Shown here: positions 1 through 13,615 of the stretch, in pieces
Layout of the letters: each line of letters begins with the position of its first letter
How positions within the stretch are numbered: position 1 is the first letter of the stretch
DNA from: Octopus vulgaris
Lineage: Eukaryota
Length of the DNA: 64,000 nucleotides
Direction: 5' to 3'
Assembly: GCA_951406725.2 (NCBI GenBank)
Contig: OX597815.1
Coordinates: 102,052,001 to 102,116,000, forward strand
Program-made: the position numbers and the translations under genes
The notes under the pieces: generated by a model
The model's input: the letters and a program-made list of their open reading frames with translations, nothing else
What the model was told of the DNA's origin: nothing
Databases searched by the model: none

Positions 1-534
1 TCCAAGCGCATTCTCGTGGATGTGATGTCACTCGTGTCAATCAGAAGTAACAAATGGGACATGCTGGAGGTCAGGGTAGCTTTTACAGCATGAAATGAAT
101 TGAAAGTTTTGTTCATAAGAGAATTTGAATAGAGCTCTGCAAGCTAACGAAACTCCTCTTAGCCATAATGTGATGGTGATACTAAAGTGTACGACTGCCC
201 GTCAGTTTTGGTGATGAGTATTTCACGTTTCGATTAACTGAATATCTATTCAAAGAGTAGACACTAAGTGGCTGAGTATTCCACAGACATATATCCTTAG
301 CATATTCCTCAAACAGAATCAGCGTGGCACAATGTGTATACGTGTGTATGTTTATGTATTTATATAAGTATAAACAGATATATATTTATACAAACACATA
401 CTATTGCGGTATCTATTTATATGATCTCAGATTTTGCGTGCTACAGGTACCATATAATCCAGCGCAACGTCTCTTATGTCCGAATAGTTAGCGATTAAAT
501 CAGTCTTATCCCACAGTTTACTGGATGACGGAGG

Positions 535-857
535 TTTGCCTTTCATCCTTTCAGGGTCGATTAAATAAGTACCAGTTACGCACTGGAGTCGATATAATCG
601 ACTTAATCCGTTTGTCTGTCCTTGTTTGTCCTCTCTGTGTTTAGCTCCTTGTGGGTAGTAAAGAAATAGGTATTTCGTCTGCCGCTACGTTCTGAGTTCA
701 AATTCCGCCGAGGTCGACTTTGCCTTTCATCCTTTCAGGGTCGATTAAATAAGTACCAGTTACGCACTGGAGTCGATATAATCGACTTAATCCGTTTGTC
801 TGTCCTTGTTTGTCCTCTCTGTATTTAGCCCCTTGTGGGTAGTAAAGAAATAGGTAT
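535..857 (+). mobile_element. tRNA-derived SINE family A, head-to-tail dimer (184 bp period)
   Basis: Near-identical units at 535-673 and 719-857. B-box-like GAGTTCAAATTCC and the family motif GCCTTTCATCCTTTCnGGGTCGAT...AAGTACCAG recur many times in the window. Confidence 0.8.
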
Positions 858-2028
858 ATGAGCACCCTGCAAGATTAAAAATGAACTTGCTAAAGTAAGG
901 AAGAGCTTCTCACCGAGAAGATGGTTACAATCTATATCTTGAAAGGAGACGGGTGCCGTCAAGTTATTTGTCTCTTGAAACGCTCATCGCAGGGCATCTA
1001 TAGCTTCACTACACAATGGGGTTTGGACGGGTGGTAATCATTTACATTTAAATAAACAGAGACGTTTAATATTTTACAGTCGTTATGGCAATCCTTTCAA
1101 ACATTTTCATTGGCTTTCCGATTCAAACACCAGTAATGAAATACAAGCTGGACATTTTTGTCTGCCGAAGTCGATTAATTTAACGACTCGGCAATAGGAT
1201 TGACTTTTATTTATAAAGTTGAAATATTACCAGAACGCCGCATTCATTTGACTATAGTGTGGCTATATGTTTATTTAAGTTATATTATACCAGCAACTGT
1301 TCACTCATGCACATTTACGAAGTAAAACTTACATTAATTCTAAATCACGTCTAGAGCTGTCTCTTGACAAAACTAAAATACTATTAATCTTTGGTTAATA
1401 TTATTTGTCCTCAATACATGAGTATTTCTAGTTAGCTTTCTAATGCTCCGAGAGCTAAGTTAACATCATTGACCTAACTAAATTACTTCTGCATTTTATT
1501 TTGTATTTTTGAAGACAAAACAGATTCGATCTTCCATCCACTAAGTCCTTTTCCATTTCACTTCTACGACTATAGTGTCGGTGTTCCAAGTGCATTCTCA
1601 TGTACCTTAGCAGGATTCCTTCTCATCCAATTGCCTCCTTTTTTCTATTTTTTTTCCAAATTAATCACAAAATGCTTTGCCATATATCCAACTTTGAACA
1701 TGGTTATCCGTAACTTAAAGCTATAAAGTGTTCCCTGATGATCTATTCTGGCTGAGCATCTAAATGCATTTGGAACACCTATTGCAGGGTTCTAAACAAC
1801 CATAATGGTGAAACCTGCGTAAGAACTATAATATAAACTTGTGTTTCTTCTTTTTTCTCGTACATTTACTTCGTACTTCATAACTAGTCATACCACACAG
1901 TACAGAAGTTACGTAACAAGTGTAGACGAAGTAGGCTGGATTATGATAATTTACGTGGAGCTATATACATAACAGTAGTCGTTGTGTATCTATTTCTACA
2001 CACACATTCTACTTTACATACACATACA

Positions 2029-2063
<35 letters not shown>

Positions 2064-2190
2064 GTTCACACACACGCACACACACGTTCACACACACGCG
2101 CACGCGCACACACAGATATCTACCTATCTAACTACATATGTGTTTATGCGTGCATATCTATCTGTTTGTCTTTCTATATGTATATGTTTC

Positions 2191-2381
2191 TATGTACGTA
2201 TGTATGTATGTATGTATGTATGTATGTATGTGTGTGTGTGTATACGTATGAATGTCATTGCTCAGTTTTATTTCAAAATTTCTTATCAAAAGAGAAAGAG
2301 CCGGTTTCTAACTCAGATTCAAGATTCCTTCATTGGAATTGCAACATTAACAACAGTTTTTTTTGCTTGTATGTATGTATG

Positions 2382-2412
<31 letters not shown>

Positions 2413-2499
2413 GTATGTATGTATGTATGTAAGTATGTATGTATGTATGTATGTATGTATGTATCTGTCTGTCTGTCTATCTGTCTGTCTGTCTATTCG

Positions 2500-2574
<75 letters not shown>

Positions 2575-2597
2575 GTCTATCTATCTATCTGTCTATC
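2191..2597. repeat. Compound (TATG)n/(TGTC)n/(TATC)n microsatellite interrupted by a short dispersed element
   Basis: Direct reading; source of the MYVC/YLSI pseudo-ORFs. Confidence 0.95.
2251..2355 (-). mobile_element. Short (~105 bp) dispersed element embedded in (CATA)n; second copy at ~61027-61132
   Basis: The two copies align (TGTCATT...TTTTATTTCAA...AGAGAAAGAnCCGGnTTCTAAC...TTCCTTCATTnGAATT). Both abut (TATG)n and carry AATAAA near the minus-strand 3' end. Confidence 0.6.
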
Positions 2598-3103
2598 CAG
2601 CCTTCATAACTGGTTTTCTTCATTTCGAACATAGCCTGGTATGCTGTTACTATTATAACTGGTGTTATAATGGTACTGATTCCCGAGTATGATAACAACT
2701 TTTTATATTACCGTAATACCAAGGGATATTAGACGATTGGGATACAATTGAAGTTGCAAAAATAAAAGACTATCTCAACTTAGTGTGATTTGAACTCAGA
2801 ATGGAGGGGTGGGACGAAATGAAACACTATTGGCCATGTAGTTTTGTGTACTAATGTTTATTAGTGAAAGTGTGTAGCATCGTAGTCTCGACTCAGTGCC
2901 CAGAATCGTGCATTCAATTTCCTGAACGGCTGGTGCGCTATATCCACATCATTTCACGTTGTTCTAGTTTATTCAGCGGAAACAAGCATTAGCAATAACT
3001 GGATGCTAGCGTTATATCAAACTCTAGTTCCGTTCAATGTGGAGTATATCTCTCGGAAACCGATACAAGTTCCGGTTTAAGGAGCCTGAAAAACTCGAGG
3101 TAG

Positions 3104-3176
<73 letters not shown>

Positions 3177-5689
3177 GTGATGACGATGATGATTTTGATT
3201 CATTTTGCTGCTAGAATCCATTCATATATAAAACTGGTTTCAAATATGTGTTACAACGACATGTATATATATATATATATATATATATACATACACTGTT
3301 ATATCAAAAAGTGAGGTGGGGCGAGAATATTATACAATATGATAAGTAACATAGTCAAACTTGATAATATAACTACTGGTAAATTAGAAGAAAATAATTA
3401 GATTTATATAAATTAAGCAAATGAAAACAATCAAAATTTAAATAAGGTCAAACCAAACGCGTATGTGACATCTCACGCCTTGGGTTTGGTACGCAATGAC
3501 CCTGATCCCTGTCTCAATGTATTCTTGACAGAAGAACTGAATATGGCCGGTCTAGAAAAGTTCCTTCAGCAACCCAAGACTGATGATAGATTAGAAGGTC
3601 TCTCCTAGTGGTTAAGTTATAAACAATGTATATGCCGGTAATTTGGCCATCAATAGCAATCATTATATTGTGTACTCCTAGATGGCAAGCTGGTAATTCA
3701 GTAACGAGCTGGGCAAAATGCTTGACGGCATTTCTTCCGGCTCTTTACGTTCTGAGTTCAATTTCTGCTCAGGTCGAATTTGCTTTTACATCCTTTCGGG
3801 GTCGATTAATAAGTATTAATTGAATCCTGTGATCGACTTATCTTCTCCCCCAAAATTGTTGGCTTTGTATCAAAATGTGAAACCATTATTTTGCATTCTC
3901 TACTCACTCGGAATCCATCTTCTTTCAAATTATACAGTATCATTTCCTAATTCATTTTGTAGTTTGGTTAAATCAAATTCGTCGTAACTATTCGGTTCTG
4001 CCGTTCTTTTGTTTGAATGAGTGTTTCTCTTCTTTCTCTTTTTCTATTGTCCCCATGAGTTTATTAATCCTATTCATTCAATATGTCTTCCGCATTTTCG
4101 CATGACGATGGTACAACTGATTATAGACAAGAAAACGAACTCCTGGTCTCGACTTCTTGCACTAATGACGAGGCAATTTCTACTGCTGTCTTAGAAGCTA
4201 CCTTCGAAACAGCAGGATTAGTGTTATAATTTCTTTTTTGAAAATTGTGCATAATATGTAATATGAGTTCTGGGACCTACTGCAATTGTTACAGCTTCTG
4301 TCTTTGTTCACTTTTTCTGTCTTTCCAGTTCTGTCAAATATTCTCAAGAAATGACAGCTCTTTTAACAGCTGGGTTTTATGCTTTTCATTATCAGTCTTA
4401 TCACCTGTCTCTCTCCACTCATTAATGGATTACAGTTCCAATGTTGTAATATGGTTTTTGAAGGTAATTGAAACACGCATATCCATACAGAATCCGCTCG
4501 ATCTCATGTCATTTCGTATTGCCTCGAAGGTGAATATGAGCGTATTATTTAATAATAGCAATCAAATGACCAACATAATATTTCGCGTTTATCGTTTTAT
4601 TTAATCTCAGAAAAAAAAAATTGCTTTAGAATAATTAATTTCAAATTCATTTTGCTAGTGATAGCTTAAGGTAATCACGTTTCAAATTGTTCTACAATTA
4701 ATGGGAAAACATATTTTTACGCTATTTGTCTTTTTCGATTAACAACAATGCGTCATAATTTGCTGGTTATGAAACAATAAGGTTAACTTTTACAAACCAG
4801 ATCAGTTTCTGAAAAGATTTATTTGTAAGGTCACAGTTTATTCTATATTAATGACGATTCAATAGTAGAACATATGATGAAGAGTGTAATGTTAAGAAGA
4901 GGATCGGAGTGTGCCGTGGGAAGTAAGCGCTATAGTATTGTCTGTTCTAAAGTAAGTTACAAATAAGTCAACACTGTGTTCTGATTTGTTCAAGCTATTA
5001 GTTTCAGTTAAATCATGAAAATACTTGGAATGTACTCACATCCCTCCTCACTATATAACATATATGGCGATTGAATTTAGTCAACAATTAATCAATATTT
5101 ATACAATGTAAATGAACATTCCTTAGAGATTTCAAAAACCAGTTGGGTTCGCAATCAATAATAGTTTAATTCTCTGTTATTTGCCAGTTATGCTACGATA
5201 AATTTGTTTGATTTGACTACGCCATATCACTGGATGATGGGCGAAACCAGAAATTTGACCTTAACTGTTTAATAGCTCCTTCTGCTTGAAAACAAAAATT
5301 CTTTAAGCAAATGTTACACCAATTATTAATTGAAAGTTCAAGGAGGTGACATAATTGATCAATGCATCATTATGACATTTATATCGTTATATTCATGCAT
5401 TGTATTTTATGAATAAAGGTTTAATTTAAAGAAAATCATTATAGCTATACTATTTAGTCAGAACCAACATTGTTATTTTTCCATAACATATTTCCATCAT
5501 TTCTAAATTTTCAAACAGATAACAAAGTACATCAACTGTGATTATTTGGACATCCAGTCAAGCCTTTCCCGACATCCTTAAAGCCAGGTACTTTTTAGCA
5601 CCCTCTCGTATATATACATACATATACACGCACGCGCGCACATACACACACACACACACACACATATGTATATGTGTACATTCGCATAT

Positions 5690-5935
5690 ATGGCCTAATG
5701 GTTAGGGTGTTGCACTCACGGTCGCAAGATTGTGGTTTCGGTTGCCAGACCAGGGAGTGCGAGGTGTTCATGAGCAAAACACTTCTTTCCACGTTGCTTC
5801 AGTCTACTCTGCTGTGAAGACTGAGTAAGCCTGCAAAGGAATGGCGTCCCTTTCAGGAGTAATGGTTTGATCACGGTCACTTGTATGCCATGAAAACCCG
5901 GTAACTGGCTCCAGGAGTCCTCGGACTTAAGAAAG
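5690..5935 (+). mobile_element. tRNA-derived SINE with CORE-like central domain
   Basis: A-box TGGCCTAATGG, degenerate B-box, then GTGTTCATGAGCAAAACACTT...CTCTGCTG resembling the CORE domain. The tail is shared with 46370-46470. Confidence 0.65.
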
Positions 5936-5950
5936 TATTTATACGTCTGT

Positions 5951-6023
<73 letters not shown>

Positions 6024-7478
6024 TGCGTGTGTGTGTGTAAATATATATCTTTATTTGCCCTGTTCGTTTGCGCTAGTAGTCGTGCTAACTTTCATCGGAA
6101 ACAATTCTTTGTGGCTGAAACCTAGCGGATCTATTTTTAGTGCTAGAGTCGACCACATAGTGGTTACTCTCTTATATTTATATATATATACATATGTGTG
6201 TGTATGCGCATCACACACACACACACACAGAGAAAGAAAGAGGGCTGCATATTTTATTTATTCTTAGCTTTCTCCTTTATATCTACCACTTACATATCAT
6301 TAAATTTATTATTTGTTTATTACTTCCCATGAATGTGTACATTTTGTCAACTGTTGTTGCATATTCATGTTTTTTATTCATAATCAGTGTACGAACAGAA
6401 TTTTATGAAATCAGTCATTAACCTTTTATGCTAATGTTTTAAATCCAAAATCAAAACTTCGTTCATTTATAGAAAACAGAATTAATCTGTTTATAAACAA
6501 TGCGTTACGTTAACCACAGCAATTACTGCACATGAACTGCTGAGAAAGTACTTCATGAAAGGTCATTGAAGAAGTCACCTTTGATTACTTACCTTGAATG
6601 TTTTCGTTACACACACACAACAAATTTTGATCTTAATTGTAATAGATAATTATCTACAAGAACCTTATGCTTTCTACCAAAGTTTACTGAATCTTTATTC
6701 GGAAAGACAATGACTTAGTTAGTTTAGGAAAAGCAGCGCTTAAGAGATTTTATGCAGAGTTAATAACATTGTTGGTACAAAGATGGAAGAAACCCTAAAC
6801 ACGGTTAAAGATACCTAAAGACAAAGCCGTGGTGGGGAACCGTGCAACATATTAAGTGTACCACTCGATATGAGATAGCCTATGTGATGGACTTCTGCAC
6901 ATGTTCTGGTTCCTCATTTTCAATTAAAAAATGCATGAGTCACCCCATCCGAAATTATGAACGAAGACACTTGGCCAAGGTACCACATAATGGGATAAAC
7001 CTTGGAACCACATCGTTATAAAAGTAACTTAAGCACCCGGGCATGTTTGCATTATTTTCCTGACTTAAGATTGCAGATTGAACAAAAAGAAATGTAAGTC
7101 ATATTGGCAATGTCTTTCCAACAGGATTTGATTCTTTCTTTTCTTCAACTACCGGTACTAATATTACAAAGAACGGTTTTAATATCTGAAAATCGTTATT
7201 TCATTTCATCTCAGATGAAATAAAGCTACTTGTTTGATTCTTTTCACATGCCACTTCCTTCGGTTCATACTAAGTATTTTATTCCCTTTTCTATAAATAT
7301 TTTACAAAGCTTATGAACCATACCAAACCACTTCCATATATCCAGCAGAAATAAGTCACACGTTTTTGTCTTTGAAAGGTGAGAATCAATTGAAAATAGG
7401 AAAAAAATTCAGTATTGAGTCCTAAATAAATGTTTATCGTTATCCATTCTTGACAACACTAACATTACTATCTACCTG

Positions 7479-7531
<53 letters not shown>

Positions 7532-7532
7532 A

Positions 7533-7568
<36 letters not shown>

Positions 7569-7569
<1 letters not shown>

Positions 7570-8730
7570 CGCGCTTAGACTGCGACATGTCTGGCTCTAC
7601 GTTGACGACGGTGAACAGGTGTGGTTGCTGTTTGTGAGGCGCGCTTTCCTGCAGCTCGTCTCCATGACCGAACTGCAGTCGTGAATCAAAAAGAGGACGA
7701 GGAAGGGCGAATGGCACCGCAAGTGTCGCGTTGCTCTCAAGCAACTATGCCGTCCCAAGTCGACCTTGAGCGACTTCAACTCAACCAATGCATTCTATAG
7801 GGGATTAGTTGAGGGGAGGTACGATGACGATCTTGGGGCGAACCTGGGCGTCGATGAGGAATACCTGACCCCCATGTTCAAGATGACTTTCGGGCCGGGA
7901 TCTATGGACCAGAGATACCTGGTCTGGCAGTGCTATCGAGAAGCGTTACCCATTCGGGATAAGCTCTACAGGCATGGCTCGAGAAACACGGGGCCGACCT
8001 GTCCGGGATGTGGTCAGAGCAACGAAACCGTCCTGCACGTACTCGTACAGTATCCGACCATTTCTGACCTGTGGGTCTATCTCGAATGACTGCTATCGCG
8101 TGTGGGACGAGTCGATTTATCAACCGAGTCTATCGTGAATATTGTTGCGCCTCCTTCCTTGAAACGGGAAGGAAGAGCCATTTCCATCGTACTTATAGCT
8201 ATGGCAAAAGAATGTGTATGGTGGACGCATCTGAAAGGTTTAGAGACAAACACTTTCTTCCCTGGTCAATCTCTCATCAACTTCTTCAAGTATCACTTGA
8301 AGAGGAAGGTGGGAGTAGAGAGGAAATTTTGTCTAGTGAATGTTTCAAAAAAAAGATGGGTGAATATAGCAAGGAGGGCACGTGTGAATGACGGAGCCAG
8401 CATGAGCATAATCCTATGAACCAAAAAAAAAAAAGAAAAGAAAATAGAGAGCCACTTACTGTAATGTGTTTTTCTGCATGACACTATTGCCCAAGGTCCC
8501 CATGGTCTATTCCGTAGCTTTTCTTTCCACGAATAAACCTAATCTGTTTTCCCTTATTCATTGACATTTCTGTGATACACGATCCCTATTGATCAGCCAC
8601 TCCTTTTTTTTTTTTGATCGGAATTCTACCCACATTTTTTCTTTTTTTTCTTCTCTTCTTCCCAAAATGAAAATCTCTACTTTGTATTTTGTCCCCTCTG
8701 TGTTCAGTCTTGTGTGGCCAATAAAGAAAC
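7569..8730 (+). mobile_element. 5'-truncated Tx1/L1-clade LINE: ORF2 C-terminus (zf-RVT-like) plus 3' UTR
   Basis: ORFs 7766-8089 and 8102-8419 are one in-frame reading broken by a stop: WQCYREALPIRDKL...CPGCGQSNETVLHVLVQYP...LW is the CxxC..ET..H zinc-knuckle tail of L1/Tx1 ORF2. It ends in AATAAAGAAAC and has (TATC)n on both sides. Confidence 0.85.
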
Positions 8731-8732
8731 AT

Positions 8733-9043
<311 letters not shown>

Positions 9044-9252
9044 AATATGTTTATGAATGAAATAAACGGAACAAGAGCACCACGAAGCCGGAAAGTGTTG
9101 CTGAAGAGGTCACAGATGTGTGACGAAAGATTTCTGGACAATGGATATGAGTTAAAATAAGAACAGTAATAAATGAGTGAAGAACGAATATAAAGTGCAT
9201 GTATTTATTTGGAAAAAGAAAAAACTGACCACCCCGAAATACAACAATATGT

Positions 9253-9303
<51 letters not shown>

Positions 9304-9650
9304 TGTGTCTGTGTGTGTGTGTGCGTGTGTGTGTGTGTGTGTGCGTGTGTGTGTGTGTGTATGTCAGCCTGTCTGTCTTTTATCGATCTATCTGTCTACC
9401 TGTCTGTCTATCCGTCTATCTATCTGTCTATTTATACATCTGCCCATCTATCAATCAAGGATTCAATCAATCAATCGATCGATCAATATATCTAGTTAGG
9501 TATCACTCTGACTCTTTGTCTGTCTGGGTATCTAACTAAATATATAAAGTACGATAAACATAAGTTTATATCATTTGTTACTCAACTAAGTTTCACTTCT
9601 GCAGTTAAATTTCTCCTCCATTTGCTCCGTTTTTCATAACCAGTAACACT

Positions 9651-9750
9651 NNNNNNNNNNNNNNNNNNNNNNNNNNNNNNNNNNNNNNNNNNNNNNNNNN
9701 NNNNNNNNNNNNNNNNNNNNNNNNNNNNNNNNNNNNNNNNNNNNNNNNNN
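9651..9750. other. Assembly gap (100 N)
   Basis: Run of N. Confidence 1.
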
Positions 9751-10250
9751 CTGTCTGGCGAAAACGAACTTACCTCACCTTTTGGACTTCATTGAATTTA
9801 CCTCCAATAATTTTTGTTGTAGTTGTTGCTGTGATAGTTGCTTCTTCAACTGCTGTTGCTGCTCTCGTTGTTGCTTTTGCAACTGTACTATGGAAACTAA
9901 TAGGCTTTCCATTGTTTGACAAGTTTTATCACAAACAAATTGTTGAATAACCTACGCGAGCTTCGAAACCCTCGTCAACAGATGTTGTAACGTACTTTGT
10001 TATGTACAATAAATAAGATAACCAAGCAACAGTAAAAATAATGTAACGGACTAACAAATCACTTTACGAACCAACAATCCTTATTCCTTGTGAACTAATC
10101 AACCGACACGCTCCGACTTCACTGCGAACTAACACGAACTTTTTTTGACTCCGAACTCTGAACCTTTAACTCACTCGGATCGTTACTATTTATACTTTAC
10201 TCGGACCAGTCTATCTCTCGCAAGGGGGAGTCGTAACTCTTATCATAGCA
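9751..10250 (-). mobile_element. Gypsy-type LTR retrotransposon 5' end: LTR (~9983-10250), degenerate PBS, start of gag
   Basis: Minus strand shows a TG...CA-bounded segment ending GTTACAACA with internal TATAAATAG. It is followed 2 nt later by TGTTGACGAGG (cf. common Gypsy PBS TGGCGACGAGG). An ATG at 9912 gives MESLLVSIVQLQKQQREQQQQLKKQLSQQQLQQKLLE, a Q-rich gag-like N-terminus running into the gap. Confidence 0.7.
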
Positions 10251-10699
10251 ATAACTTATTTTTTTACAGAAATTCGAACAAGACATCAGCTCATTCGATC
10301 TCATTATTCAAGGAAACAACTTCTTTCTTCCATCATCTTTGAAATATAAGCAGAATATGAAAACGTGCCGATAATAATTAATCTCTTTGTTCATATCATG
10401 AATTACACTGGATCTAAAATAATGGCTTTTTGAAATGACTATTGTAGTGTCAACTGTAGTCAAGGAATGCGATAATGTGATGTGAGCAAACCAAAACTTT
10501 ACCTGAAAGGTAACATCAGCAATAGCCTCAAGCCAAGCATTGAGAACACACACCTCTGCACTGCAAGCGAAGTTTAATTCACTGTCTTGAAAAACTACGG
10601 TAACACAAGAGCACAAATGGTACAGTATTCAAAAGGAACCATTTGTGATTTTCAGGATATAAGTATTTAAAATCGTAAAAGAGTCATAAATCTTTCATT

Positions 10700-11200
10700 T
10701 TAATGGCATGGTCTGGAGTAGGAGTTGTGACCATGATGTTTGTAGGACCTCCGAAACCGTAAGGTCAATACAGCTCTTGTTCCTGAATATTGTAGTCCAA
10801 GGCAGTAGGAAAAGCAAGGTGAGAATTTTTAGAATAATGACGTTCTAGGGAGAAACGATTGGGAGTAGTAGTTAGCGCAGGTGCTGAGAGAACACAATCT
10901 GTATATGTGTGATGAGATGATGAGCGGCGAGAGAATTAGAGTGGTATCTCTGAGTGAATATGATACGAAATCAGCTCAGTCCAAGAAGCAGGGATCCTGT
11001 AGAGGCGATACATGAGTCAGAGAGAAGTGACAGAACAGCTGTTGGCCAGAAGTTGAAGTTTGTTTACGAGTATTTGCATGCCAATCAATCGGTCGGTAGA
11101 ATCTTTTATGCAGTCTAGGATGTTTGTATATGTAATAGCGTCATCGACCCAGATGTAGGAGCTGGTCTTTGATGTCCATAAAACAACAATGCTGACGCGT
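10700..11200 (-). mobile_element. Degenerate CR1/L2/Jockey-like LINE remnant (RT end and 3' region)
   Basis: Minus ORF 11017-11217 has IWVDDAITY (YADD-like). Downstream frames give SSHHTYT and AFPTALDYNIQ, resembling CR1-type C-termini. Confidence 0.45.
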
Positions 11201-11540
11201 TGGGAGTTATAAGTCAAAAGACAGATTTAAGTCTCAGCGTAGTTGTACTTGCTCACTCACAAGTGGAGACACAATTTTTACAACCACATGCACACACACA
11301 TACGCACATATGCAAAGATGCACACAAGCACACCTTCATAAATAAACACAAATGCACACACAGAGTTATTGAGAATCAGTCAGGCAACATCTGCACAGAA
11401 GGTGATTGTGCATACAGGTGAGTAGCAGGTTTACCATTATATCTCAATGAACGATTGATTAATCAATGAATGATTAATCAGCCCTGAATGAGATGAAGGG
11501 CATCGCACCGTCATTTCCTTTTATAACATGTATTCAGTTA

Positions 11541-11681
11541 TAAGGCTGTCCCAAAAGTTCGTAGAAAGTCTTGGAAAATAATGGTCTTTATTTTGAGGAA
11601 TAATTTTTGTTGTTTTTGTTAGTACTTGGCGAGTAAAAATTCAATTTTCGCAAGTGTTTACGAACTTTTGGGACAACCTAA
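11541..11681. mobile_element. Mariner-type MITE (~141 bp)
   Basis: Terminal inverted repeats TAAGGCTGTCCCAAAAGTTCGTA / TACGAACTTTTGGGACAACCTAA flanked by TA. Confidence 0.75.
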
Positions 11682-13582
11682 TATTTTCTTTTATCACTTA
11701 CTAACTATACCTGCCCTCAAACTATGTTGAAGAAGATACAACTATTGTTCAAACACGTTGTCAAATAATACAAGTTTGCTTTTCTATTACTTCCTGTTTT
11801 TCTTACTTTTTATGTATTGTTGCCAGCTCTAAAACACTGCTTGTTTTAATCATTGACCCCAGACACTGTGCTAAGATGAACAGTATCAATAATAAATGAA
11901 AATGAGCTACACTTGTTACGTTCGAATCAAGTTTACCTCAAATTTTTCTGTTCTGGATATCTTAGCGTGCAAGATAAATGTCAAATCGGTTTCAAATCAC
12001 ACCCCAGCGTATTAAAAAGAAAATTAAAGACACATAGATAATGCGATATACTAGGCTTAGTAAGAAAAGGGAGATAGGTTGCGGCTAGAATGCATTTTAT
12101 CATATGTTTATTCAAACATTTTCGAGATTACGTAGGGTTTAAACAATAATAGACATAAAAAAAATCAAAACTCCCAGGCTGCCAAACTACACCATTTATC
12201 TTTAACCAAAGAATACCAGTATAGGAAATATTATCTTTAACTTGATAAGGATAGCACATACACGGAGCTACGGATCTGTAAAATGCACATAAGTCATTCA
12301 GGCGACTATCGTCGTGCCATAGTTCAGTTATAGGTTCTGGTGTGTTTTAAAAGGAATTTGGTATATTTTAAGTATTCTTTTTTTTTTTATTTATGGTACT
12401 CTATTATCATTAGAACATATCTGGTCAACATTTGTACGTAGCCGGTCAATTATATGATTGTTATGCTTATGCTGCATGTATTTTGCTCGTTTCGTCGTGG
12501 TCGGGACCACTTAAGGCGACTACTAATTTGATGCCAGACAGTTTTATGGAAGTGACGCTTAGATGGCGCTGTTGAAATAGAGTCAAATATAACAGCGGTT
12601 TAAAATTTCGGACTTACTAGTGTATCGTATGCAATTTTTGTAAAGAAAGCAATTGGCAGCAAAGATATACAATAACTAATAATGAGATTACAACTCTAAC
12701 TATCAGTTAACAACTCTAATATTCAACTAATAAACAAAGAAATCTTGATAACGTCGAAGCAATAGATGAAAGGCTTTACCTAAAACTACGTAGATATAAC
12801 ACTAAGCTTGAATTGATAAAGTTAAAATTTATTTCATTATGTGGCATCTATAGGATTATTAAACTGAAAGATGTTCTATAGTCCTAATTTAAGAGTGTTT
12901 ATTTGTAGCTTCTAATGTATGCTGTTGAAAAAGTCTAAACCTAAAGGAATGTTTACCTCAGGCAGATTACATTTTTTAGAGCTAAAGCGAAATAGATAAA
13001 TAAATAAATATATTACTAACTAACAATTTCTTGCAAAGGCTCAATAATGTGCATGATACTATACATAAATCCTCTGCAATTAAAGATCGTCGAGAAACAG
13101 CGCTTACAAACTTGTATAACCAGTTATGCTCTGATATAAATAAAGCTTCTCGACCTAGTTAACCTTTTCACGGTCCTATTAGAGCAACCGTTTGCTATTA
13201 GGACAATAGTGCAGCCCCCTTCTACAGCATAAGAAATTAAATTATTAGCGTAGACTCGCATCAAGGAATATCTACTTTGCAGTAAATAGCAGAGAGAATT
13301 TTGGTTTAAATTTTTGGCAATTATAGATAATCACAACATTTTTGGTAGTGACATATGTATAAAAAACATGCTTCAGTTAAATTAAGCCATTTCATGTATA
13401 TATATAAGTATATGTGTGCGCGCATGTGTGTGTGTGTGAGAGAGTTGTGTGTGGTTTTTCACCTGCTTTTTTTTCGTCTATAAAATATTTATTATAGAGT
13501 AACTCTAAATTTAATACAATGTAGTATTATATTAATTTTATTGAGCTAGAGGATATATCGTGCATAAATTACCATTTGTGTG

Positions 13583-13614
<32 letters not shown>

Positions 13615-13615
<1 letters not shown>

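Noticed and set aside
535-857. Repeat-spacer-repeat pattern reminiscent of CRISPR
   Set aside because: Eukaryotic SINE dimer; no short repeats with unique spacers and no cas genes.
3950-4604. Non-repetitive stretch with a 119 aa ORF
   Set aside because: No recognisable motif or convincing splice signals; probably decayed TE or intergenic DNA.
6531-6557. CATGAA-CTGCTGA-GAAAGTAC-TTCATG resembling a collapsed hammerhead
   Set aside because: No stem II, altered core and no proper triplet; could be chance.
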